A stretch of DNA of 64,000 nucleotides, from positions 58,177 to 122,176 of the IMG/VR virus record IMGVR_UViG_3300042862_000198; one strand, written 5' to 3'. This stretch comes from a virus. Shown here piece by piece: positions 39,401 through 47,677 of this stretch. Made by a program: the position numbers and the translations under genes. Each line of letters opens with the position of its first letter. Position 1 is the stretch's first letter. The notes beneath the pieces were generated by a model. The model saw nothing but the letters and a program-made list of their open reading frames with translations, ran no database searches and had not been told where the DNA came from.

Positions 39401-42400
39401 TCTGAAATCATTGATGATCAAGTTCCTTCTAAAGTAATAAAATCAGGTACCTTAAGTATTCTATTAGATTCAAGAAATAGAGAGCCCTTATATAAGCTGA
39501 TAAAAATTAAATTACAAGATAAGTTAGACAACACTACTAAACAACTTGAGGCTACAGAAGACACTAAAGAAAATGAATTTAAGAAAGAGCTTTTAGAAAA
39601 TAGAATAAGAATTCTCAAAGCTGGTTTAGATAACTACGGAGATACTAAAAATGGTTTAATTAAATACCATGTAGATAATAGTACCTATGATTTAATGAGA
39701 CAGAAATATACTGCTCTTGAATTAGATGAAGAAGGTAACTTAATGGAGCCTGTAAATCTTGAGAATACAGAAAGATATGGTGACAAGAAAGATGGCCAGA
39801 AATCACTAATAGAACTAGCAGGTAAAGAGACTCTTTATATTTTAAAAAGTTTACATGAAGGTAAGCTTAATAAAAATACTAATAAAATTGAGTATCAATA
39901 TAATGAACTTGGTTTTAAAAAACTTGCAGACTTTAGAACTACTTGGAATAACACAGTAAGAGCTATTGGTGGTATTCAAGATGCTCAAGAACAGTATGAT
40001 AAGTTAGTTGAAGAATCAAAAACAAATGCTCAGATTAAACAACTTGTTGATACTAAGATAGCTAATCCAGAAAATTCAACTAATCAATATGAGTTTCAAG
40101 CTACTTCAGCTATTTGGCAAGACTTTAGTAAATCAAGAATACCTTATATTCAGTTAACAGTATTTAAAACTAAAATAGGAGAAAAAGAAGTACCTGATGG
40201 ATACTATGGTACAAAAATGATAGATGTATTTGAATATAGTACTGCAGTAACTGATGCATCTAATGATGTATTTAATGTTATAAGAAAATTTCAAGAAAAT
40301 TTTAAAGCTTCTACAACTAATTTATATGTAGATAGAATTGGAAGAGATAATATTCCAACTTTAAATTTACAAAAAGTTGTAGATGCTTTTGGAATAAATG
40401 GTAAATTAGATACTTCTAATTCTTTTGCATTTGCAAGAGCAATTGGTTTTTATTTAGATGACATAGCTATAATTAAAAATACACTTAAAAAAGATACTAA
40501 AACTATTGAGCAATTTGGTCTACCCTATATTTATGATATTGTTAAAAGATTAAATGACAAGTCTAAATTAGAAAATACTAATAGCACTGTAAAAACAGTT
40601 ATTGCTAAATTTAAAAATGATCCCATACAAACTCTTATGGATGGTATACCAGAAAATATAATTGGTACTACTAGAGAAGGTCAAAAAAATAAGATAAAAG
40701 AAATTGCAACTCTTCAAAGTAAATATGGATTAGAAGCATCTACTGGTATGGTTCTTAATGCAGAAAGAAACTTAGTGTCTGAATTTATTGAGAACAATAC
40801 TATAAGCAAACAGGTATATGCATTAAACAATGCTACTAAACTTTCTGATCTATGGACAACTGATAAGTTTCAACATATGTCTTATCTTGATCCGGCAACT
40901 AATCCTTACACAAAAAGATTAGCTACCATTAGAACTTTGTATGAATTAAGTTCTCCTGAACAAAAAAGAAGAGCAAATAGATCCTTAAAATTATTTATGG
41001 ATTCTGGAACTCAAATTGAAGGAGAAGATACTGGTTTAAATACAACATCCTTAGATGTTAACGGTAAATTTCTTCAAGAAATTAATACTATGCTTAAAGA
41101 TGGTGTTCAAGAATTTATGAGACATGCATCTAAGTCATCTTCATTTGGTGCTAAGATAGAAGGTGGAGTAATTGGATTACCAGGTAAAGAAGGTAGTGAT
41201 GGTCATCTTTGGATTGATGTTAAAATGTTTACAGATAACACAGCCTATGACTATGGATTTAAGGCTCACATGTTACCTTATATGGAAGCAGAAGCTGAGA
41301 GAATCTTTAAGTTTAGACAAAACAAAACTGAGTATTCAAAATATGCTGGATACAATAGAGACTTGGGTAATGGTCTTATGGCTGGAGAAGTATTTACTGC
41401 ATTTGATAATGTACTTACTAAGAGCTCAAAAGAACAAATATATAAAGCTATTGATAAAGCTATTGCAGAAAAAAAGAATTTTAATCTTACAGAATTTCTT
41501 AGAAATGATGATACAGGTTTATTAAATACTGTTAGAGATAATGTAAGAAATTATTTTAAAGATCAAACTAAAATAAATACTGGCTTACTTACTAATGCTA
41601 ATTTTATTAGTAAGGATTTGATTAAAAAAATGAGTGACTTAGGTGTTGCAGAAAATCAAATTGAAGATAAACTTGTTGAAACTTATACCTATAATTCTTG
41701 GGTTCAGAACTTTGAAATGGCTGTATTATTTTATGGTGATATGTCTCAGTACAATCATGATAAAGAAGAATTACATAAAAGAAATACTGGATCAACTTCA
41801 GGTGGTAGAGGATTTAGAACTGACATTGCCGCTAGAAACTTTGTGAAAGATTTCTTAGCTAAAACATCTTATGCTAAAAAAGATGGTATGCCAACAATAG
41901 CATATGATGGTACATACAATACAGCTATTATTCAAGATGTAAAAAGAACTTCAGAGTATTTAGGACAAATTGAAGCAGGTCTTAGAAAAGATTATGAAAG
42001 AAGATATAAAGAAGCAGGTGTTAAGAATGCAAAAGCTGAAATAGACATTAGGGTTGAAAAGGAAATAAGTAAATATAAAGGTATAGAAGAGGCTGATGGT
42101 CAAGGTTTTATAACTTTCGATGCATATAGAACTTTAAGATACCTTGAAAATAATTGGTCAAATGAGCAAGAGATTCTTTTCCAAAGAATTTTAAGAGGAG
42201 AAGAAGTAAATGCATCTGACATAACAGAAATGTTTCCTGTATATAAAGTTCAGAACTTTGGTGCATTAGCTAATACTAAACTTCCAGTAACAGCTATGCA
42301 TAAATTTGCATTAGCTCCATTAATTCCTTCAGTGATTGAAGGGTCAGATCTTCAGTCTTTGCATAGACAAATGATGGAAGATAATATTCAGTATGTATCA

Positions 42401-45400
42401 TTTCAAACTGGTTCTAAAGTAGGTAGTGAAACTTCTACAGTTAATGAAGAAGGTGAAGCAGTAGCAGATGAAATCTATGAGCCTAAGTCTGATCAAAAAG
42501 TTTTAAAGAAAAACATCAAATTTACAAAGAATACTATTTATCTTGAGAATCTTAAAAATGTAACATCTGTTCCGAATAAGTATAAAAACAAAACTGTATT
42601 TTCAACTCAGTTAAGAAAACTTATTTTGGGTGGTTTATACCGTAATGGTAAAATTATTAATTCTAATAATAAAGCAGTTATTAACGCTTATGAAAAAGCT
42701 GTAGATAATTATACTGAAGTTTTAAAACTAGAACTATTACATGAGATTGGTTATGAAGAAAATAAAGAGACTGGTAAATATACCGGAAACTTAAAAGATT
42801 TCTTAAATGTAGTACAAAAACAATTAGGTGATAAAAATGTACCTGAACATCTTATAGAGATGGTGGGTCTTAATAGAGACAACTCTATAAAAACAGATTT
42901 ATCATTACACTTAATGGCTGATGAAATTGAAGCTATCTTAGTTGCATTAGTAGAGAAAAGACTTATTAAACAAAAAGTAAAAGGAGAAGCATTAGTTCAA
43001 GTAGCTAGTTCTATTTCTAATGGACTATGGGATAACAATCTTAAGAAAGGTACTAAAGCAGATATACTAAAGTTTATGGGTACTAATAATCTTCCTTTTT
43101 ATAACAATGACACAGCTGATGGTAAAACATTAGCTATGAAAGTTGCTATAGCATTACAAGGAGACTTTGTTAATTTACTTAAACTTAATCATTTAGATGG
43201 CCAACCTATTGGGACAAGAGCTAGATTAAATGATATGATTAAAGAAGATTCTTGGTTAGATCTAAATGATAATAGAAAGTCTGTTACTTTATCTGCAGTT
43301 AGGATTCCAGTACAAGGATTAAACTCTATGGAGTTTATGGAAGTATATGAGTTCTTAGATCCGGCAGCTGGAAATATTATTATTCCTCCAACTGAGATTG
43401 TAGCTAAATCAGGAACTGACTATGACGTAGATAAGTTAACCACATTTATGCCTACAATTGATACTAAAGGTAACTTTGTTAAAACAGGTATTACTAATGA
43501 TGAATTATTAGCTAAAGTAAATAGATTAGCTGCTACACCAGAAGGTTCAAAAACAGCAACTAACTTAATTAAAATTCAAAAGGCTGCTCTAGAGAATGAA
43601 TTAATATCAACTATTAAAGGTATTCTTGAGTTACCAGATAACTATGCAGGTTTAGTTAGACCAAATGATACTTATTTATTAAAAGATGATATTGCTGATA
43701 AGATTGAGAATGATGTTGTTGAATACAATAGATTTCAGAACATGCATAAAGAATCTGAAAGAATTGGTAAGAAAGGTGAAAAAGTAATTAGCCCTACTAG
43801 AACTCTAGAAGTATCTTATAACTTACACAAGCATGAAGTAAATATGGTTGGTAAAAGAGTACTTGGTTTAATTGCTATTGAAAATGCATTACATCCAGTA
43901 CTTAATTCTATTGGAGCTTCATTACCTGCTACTTATCAAAATCCTGTTTTTGATGAGGCCTTACAAAGAAATGTTGATAGTAAAAAGACTAATAAAACAA
44001 GATTACTATTACCACATAACAAAATAAATGGTAATGTCTCTCTATCTGGTACTGATACAGCAGATGGCTTAGATAATATTGGTGACTTATTTTCACAAAT
44101 GATGAATGGTGCAGTGGATGTTGAGAAAAATCCATGGATATTCTTTATACAAGGTAACTATGAGATAGCACCAATGATTACATTCTTACTTAAAGCAGGT
44201 GTTCCAAAAGAACATGCTATTATGTTTGTATCAAATCCTCTTGTAAGAGAATATGCTAAACAACAAAGAATAATTAAAGGTGCTTATGCTAAAATGATAG
44301 GTAAAATTGATGAAAACTTTCCTGAAACTATGAGTAAATATCAAGCTGCTGTAAATGCACTTGAGACAGTAGGTATTAAAAAAGCTGGTAGCTTAGTTAG
44401 TGCTAAAGGATATTATAAGGCTGCCGTTGATGCTACATCTAAATCTGGAATATTAAATGATGCTCTTGAGTTTGACATTAAAATGATGAGCAAACTTGTT
44501 AAGAATCCTAATGCTCCAGAATTAAAAAATCATGCAGTAGCAATGTTCTTACATTTCTTAGAACTTGAAAAATCTACCCGTGGATATACATCTTTAAAAT
44601 TTATGTCTAATCCAGATACTAAAACTTCTAAAACTTTACAAGAGATAATAAGAAGAAACTTATCTATTGAAGATGCTAAATCAATGTCAACAATAGAAGA
44701 GGGTACTGTTGAAAAAATGATGGATTCTATCTTAGGTTCTTTTTATGATAATAAACTTATTGGTGACTTAATAGTTCCACTATTTCCATTAAGAAATAAT
44801 GATACTGTAACAGATTATATTGTTAAAACTATCCAGTTAAAACAAAATATAATTACTAGAACTTTTGGAAGAGGTCATGATGGTACAAGAAGATTCATTA
44901 CAGAATTTAAAAATGCTATACCTAATTATATCTATCAAAATTACATGTCTAATTTTATAGATGAAAATGGTAATATAACTTCAATGCCTGATAACTTTAA
45001 AGAGTTTCCTGTTAAAGAAAAAGCTGGTGTTAAAAATGGTGCACAAATAATTAATGGTACACTATATATTGATAAGACAAGATTATCTAATGAGTATAGT
45101 AAAAAATTATACTTAAGAGATAATACAGATGCTGCTAGTTATACTAAACAAGGATTGAGAGGTTTTGGAAATGTAGAAAAATTGTTCCCTAATGAATCTA
45201 CATATTTTAAATATGTATTTGAGAGAGAACTTCAAAGAAATCTTTATTCAATGAAATCACTTGAAACTAATAAAGATTATTTAAAAATCAACTCAATAAT
45301 CAAAGATCCTGCACAATCTTATGAAGCATATATTAATCAGAGAGCATTAATTAATGCATTTAATAGAGAAACTATTATGACATTAGATGGCCAATCTTAT

Positions 45401-47650
45401 ACAGATATGGTTTTAAATATGGTAGAAGAATTTTCAGAACTTAAAAATAAGTATCCTATTTTAACCCAATTTACAATACCAAAGGTTAAAACTGGTGAAC
45501 GTGTGCTAAGTTTAAATGATACTAAATCATTAAAGGATGCACAGTTAGCTGAAATTTATTTCCAAAATTTAGAAGATCTTGGAAATGAAGATATTAAAAA
45601 AGTAATAGATCCTGAAGATAATAAGAGAATAAGTAAACTATTTGCTTTATTACCACAAATGATGATGTATCAACATGGTATTGGTTATAGTAAGTATGGC
45701 TTTACAAGAGCATTACCTTATGAAGGATTCATAGGAGTAATGCAAACAGCTTCTGAAATATTTATAAATAAACAACTTAAAGAAGATACACTAGCTGTTA
45801 TCTTTGATAAGTTAGTTGAGCCCGGTAACAAAGTATTTAAAAACTTATTAGTTACACCTAAGCAATATCTTGCTCCAGAACCTTCTGTAGTTAAAGAAGA
45901 AGATGAATTTATGTCTGAAGAAGAAGCAGCAGCTATGCTTGAAAAAATGGGTATTAAGCCTATTGGAGAAGAACCTACTCAACCATCTACTAGTGTTAAA
46001 ACAGAAGTAGTAATTCCAGGTGTTGAAATTAAAAGAAATGCTATAACTAAAGAAGAACAACTTGAGTTATTTAATATTCTTAAACCTTATATTGAGCAAC
46101 AAGGAGCTAAAACCAATAAAGCTACTAGTGCAAATGTAATGATTGGTTTAGGTTTAAGATGGGATTATAAATCAAATAACCCTAATTATAAATCTATTGA
46201 AATAAAAAATATTATTGTACCTGGAAGTAGTGCTAAGTATGGCTACTATGAAGTATCTATTAATGGTCAACCATTAGGTCCTATTAATCCTAGAATTAAA
46301 ACATTAATGTCTAAAGCTACTGGTATAGATGCTACTGATTATGATGGAGCTATAATAAATCTTTATACAGATAAAACTTTTATAAGTGCTCATAATGATG
46401 TAGATGAAGCTGCTGATGCTATTGGATATCCTGTACTTGTTTTAAATATAGGTGGAAGTGGTAATTTTAGTGTACAACAAACTGGAAAATATGAACCTAC
46501 TCCTCTTAATTCTGGAGACTCATATGTTTTTGGAATAAATGGAGAAAACAGAAAAGTAATGCATAGAACTTTTCCTTCTAAACAAGATGGATTTTTACCT
46601 GCAATAACTACAGCAATAGATGGAGAAACTTATTCAGAAGGAAGTTATAGATTATCTATTACTTTAAGAAGAGTAAAAAATCTAGAACCAGGAATGCCTA
46701 CAGTACCAGCTAAGATTACTACTCAACCATCTACTAGTGTTAAAGAAGGCGTTCCAGAATTATTTGAATCCAATCCTGAATTAGCTGATCAAGTATATGA
46801 AGCTTTAGAGTTTCAAAATAAACAAGAACTAGAAAATCTTAAAAAAGAATTTTCTTCTTTTTCTAATATTAGAGATAAGTTTAAAGGAGATTTAAAAAAT
46901 GTAAAAAATTTAGTATCTAGTTTTACTCAAATGTCAGCAGATGCAAATTTTTATAAACCTTTTGCTACTGATATATCAGAACAAAGAAAAAAAGAAATAA
47001 TTTCTGGAAACGCAACTTCATATATTTTTGAAGATAATTTTGATGATTATAGAAAAACTATAAAAAAATCTTTAGATGATGAATTAAAATCTGAAGCTGA
47101 TAGATTTAATTATTGGTTTGAAAGAGGTGATACATACTATTATTTTGATACAGAAAATAAAAAATATTATTCTGTTACATCAAGTATGAAAAATGAAGAT
47201 GGTATTGAAATTACAAAGAAAGAATATTATGATGCTTTAGATGATTATAAGGATGCATTAGAAAAGAAAAATTTACAAGACCAAGAAGATGTAAAAGAAA
47301 ATGTATTAAGACAACCTTTCTTAGAAGGAAGAACAGTAAGACTTTTTGATAATCATTTTGTAATTGTAACAAAGCATGTTATAAAAGAAAAAGGAGATTT
47401 ATTCATAAATGAAATAGAATTTATGTATTATGATGAATTTAATTATGATAGATTAAAGGAATTAGAAAAACAAAAAATAACTCCACTACAAAAACAACAA
47501 GCTCAACAAAAGTTTCAAGAATATGTTGATGCTACTGGTAAACAAGATATAGAAGGATTTAAAAAGTTTGTTACTCAACCACCTACAGATAATCTTAATG
47601 CACCAGATGGATTACCAGGAATACCAAGAACATCAACTGATTGTCAATAA
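36464..47650 (+). CDS. Virion-packaged single-chain RNA polymerase (crAss/phi14:2 gp66-like) with N-terminal zincin and C-terminal AlkB-like domains
   Basis: Catalytic SGTDYDVDKL (DxDxD at 43418-43432), upstream RIPVQGLNSM, DGQGFIT, HKFALAPL; zincin HEAWH (38948-38962)...EEMLAE; AlkB-like HND...H...RLSITLR. Confidence 0.88.
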   Translation: MKVTCALTQSQVEKLYANVYGHMLNQGEAFDAKQYMTDLFNKIAKNKDVDTAAKFLQQVPSLIGTASFRPSIEEFEISTDMLRPLIKQFKKDDNGLINAVTYFNPTLNPEVKKELVEKKANEAFEIKETSSDSITVDPFNYQPYSALSTTFQEFISKDPNKDIETETLDQGRRTIYTTLSAIRENANNNTPLKELIYQDTVLKLKPIKLSDINPELLDKTTLRLLNRAGFLLGARKAQANVTTPDKIFLMVITDNVETGNPLFFDEKGNITTKELGGTIVFQFLREVRKEGSNYRVTDIYGKSDQIIDPAIVAQKAGISFEEAEARQQKEFEELYNFRQKLIKDNTAPLIDIVGVSTGVGSNKPQSLNLSNVTLILEDNDDAIRSLDLVKSPRAGLIEGQGIITIKGEEIKVDRPNLTEDIARKIAAVLTNKKMTNKEKYLFVTQFLADNVSPATRKHDLVYLENTDTLIYKYSPTTFQQGYSEMITVNLDAPKAADVISKSLMEASGKDGKFYPAKMTYNKVLLDANLYQDYDLQTNTLNDDYSDYIELLKGLPNTKIFLDVTQESKAFNSYMGFAIPNQFTEQLAKAQESTENLVTDDLFETLSEPEDVAPVLGVRETREKIISVLESGKQVKGTISKPFGAITKWHITTPKGNIIEFYNKENNITAEDIATEVSLNLVPEAEFNGKKFTNVIEVKAGDKLLGYVRETEDFDAPKTAAPTKTVEEIEAEINETLDPKGVGKPEEGGAADIFFYRKGELPSDVSEEQIADAKTWWANSPLNKHIGFREVANIVNSDAFARFTAYGATLNGNLGMIDLAAKGSMVDVYHEAWHGFSQLYLSRAEKKALYREVQKKLGTKADFFEIEEMLAEDFREYVRTGKVKANSPKRNSLFRKILNFLRELFGKGSVTNTTDIKAVKELFDNLYLGKGLNIYTPSIDNVMFDVLYRNSGVVKPGTETDQVLNRQDSNLLKDSMDSIISEIIDDQVPSKVIKSGTLSILLDSRNREPLYKLIKIKLQDKLDNTTKQLEATEDTKENEFKKELLENRIRILKAGLDNYGDTKNGLIKYHVDNSTYDLMRQKYTALELDEEGNLMEPVNLENTERYGDKKDGQKSLIELAGKETLYILKSLHEGKLNKNTNKIEYQYNELGFKKLADFRTTWNNTVRAIGGIQDAQEQYDKLVEESKTNAQIKQLVDTKIANPENSTNQYEFQATSAIWQDFSKSRIPYIQLTVFKTKIGEKEVPDGYYGTKMIDVFEYSTAVTDASNDVFNVIRKFQENFKASTTNLYVDRIGRDNIPTLNLQKVVDAFGINGKLDTSNSFAFARAIGFYLDDIAIIKNTLKKDTKTIEQFGLPYIYDIVKRLNDKSKLENTNSTVKTVIAKFKNDPIQTLMDGIPENIIGTTREGQKNKIKEIATLQSKYGLEASTGMVLNAERNLVSEFIENNTISKQVYALNNATKLSDLWTTDKFQHMSYLDPATNPYTKRLATIRTLYELSSPEQKRRANRSLKLFMDSGTQIEGEDTGLNTTSLDVNGKFLQEINTMLKDGVQEFMRHASKSSSFGAKIEGGVIGLPGKEGSDGHLWIDVKMFTDNTAYDYGFKAHMLPYMEAEAERIFKFRQNKTEYSKYAGYNRDLGNGLMAGEVFTAFDNVLTKSSKEQIYKAIDKAIAEKKNFNLTEFLRNDDTGLLNTVRDNVRNYFKDQTKINTGLLTNANFISKDLIKKMSDLGVAENQIEDKLVETYTYNSWVQNFEMAVLFYGDMSQYNHDKEELHKRNTGSTSGGRGFRTDIAARNFVKDFLAKTSYAKKDGMPTIAYDGTYNTAIIQDVKRTSEYLGQIEAGLRKDYERRYKEAGVKNAKAEIDIRVEKEISKYKGIEEADGQGFITFDAYRTLRYLENNWSNEQEILFQRILRGEEVNASDITEMFPVYKVQNFGALANTKLPVTAMHKFALAPLIPSVIEGSDLQSLHRQMMEDNIQYVSFQTGSKVGSETSTVNEEGEAVADEIYEPKSDQKVLKKNIKFTKNTIYLENLKNVTSVPNKYKNKTVFSTQLRKLILGGLYRNGKIINSNNKAVINAYEKAVDNYTEVLKLELLHEIGYEENKETGKYTGNLKDFLNVVQKQLGDKNVPEHLIEMVGLNRDNSIKTDLSLHLMADEIEAILVALVEKRLIKQKVKGEALVQVASSISNGLWDNNLKKGTKADILKFMGTNNLPFYNNDTADGKTLAMKVAIALQGDFVNLLKLNHLDGQPIGTRARLNDMIKEDSWLDLNDNRKSVTLSAVRIPVQGLNSMEFMEVYEFLDPAAGNIIIPPTEIVAKSGTDYDVDKLTTFMPTIDTKGNFVKTGITNDELLAKVNRLAATPEGSKTATNLIKIQKAALENELISTIKGILELPDNYAGLVRPNDTYLLKDDIADKIENDVVEYNRFQNMHKESERIGKKGEKVISPTRTLEVSYNLHKHEVNMVGKRVLGLIAIENALHPVLNSIGASLPATYQNPVFDEALQRNVDSKKTNKTRLLLPHNKINGNVSLSGTDTADGLDNIGDLFSQMMNGAVDVEKNPWIFFIQGNYEIAPMITFLLKAGVPKEHAIMFVSNPLVREYAKQQRIIKGAYAKMIGKIDENFPETMSKYQAAVNALETVGIKKAGSLVSAKGYYKAAVDATSKSGILNDALEFDIKMMSKLVKNPNAPELKNHAVAMFLHFLELEKSTRGYTSLKFMSNPDTKTSKTLQEIIRRNLSIEDAKSMSTIEEGTVEKMMDSILGSFYDNKLIGDLIVPLFPLRNNDTVTDYIVKTIQLKQNIITRTFGRGHDGTRRFITEFKNAIPNYIYQNYMSNFIDENGNITSMPDNFKEFPVKEKAGVKNGAQIINGTLYIDKTRLSNEYSKKLYLRDNTDAASYTKQGLRGFGNVEKLFPNESTYFKYVFERELQRNLYSMKSLETNKDYLKINSIIKDPAQSYEAYINQRALINAFNRETIMTLDGQSYTDMVLNMVEEFSELKNKYPILTQFTIPKVKTGERVLSLNDTKSLKDAQLAEIYFQNLEDLGNEDIKKVIDPEDNKRISKLFALLPQMMMYQHGIGYSKYGFTRALPYEGFIGVMQTASEIFINKQLKEDTLAVIFDKLVEPGNKVFKNLLVTPKQYLAPEPSVVKEEDEFMSEEEAAAMLEKMGIKPIGEEPTQPSTSVKTEVVIPGVEIKRNAITKEEQLELFNILKPYIEQQGAKTNKATSANVMIGLGLRWDYKSNNPNYKSIEIKNIIVPGSSAKYGYYEVSINGQPLGPINPRIKTLMSKATGIDATDYDGAIINLYTDKTFISAHNDVDEAADAIGYPVLVLNIGGSGNFSVQQTGKYEPTPLNSGDSYVFGINGENRKVMHRTFPSKQDGFLPAITTAIDGETYSEGSYRLSITLRRVKNLEPGMPTVPAKITTQPSTSVKEGVPELFESNPELADQVYEALEFQNKQELENLKKEFSSFSNIRDKFKGDLKNVKNLVSSFTQMSADANFYKPFATDISEQRKKEIISGNATSYIFEDNFDDYRKTIKKSLDDELKSEADRFNYWFERGDTYYYFDTENKKYYSVTSSMKNEDGIEITKKEYYDALDDYKDALEKKNLQDQEDVKENVLRQPFLEGRTVRLFDNHFVIVTKHVIKEKGDLFINEIEFMYYDEFNYDRLKELEKQKITPLQKQQAQQKFQEYVDATGKQDIEGFKKFVTQPPTDNLNAPDGLPGIPRTSTDCQ
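45975..46000 (+). repeat. 26-bp direct repeat, copy 1 (encodes TQPSTSVK)
   Basis: CTACTCAACCATCTACTAGTGTTAAA, identical to 46719-46744. Confidence 0.95.
46719..46744 (+). repeat. 26-bp direct repeat, copy 2; degenerate third copy at 47572-47586
   Basis: Identical to 45975-46000 and 744 nt (248 codons) downstream; third copy TACTCAACCACCTAC encodes TQPPT. Confidence 0.95.
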
Positions 47651-47677
47651 AATTTATTATCTTTAAATAAAAGTATT

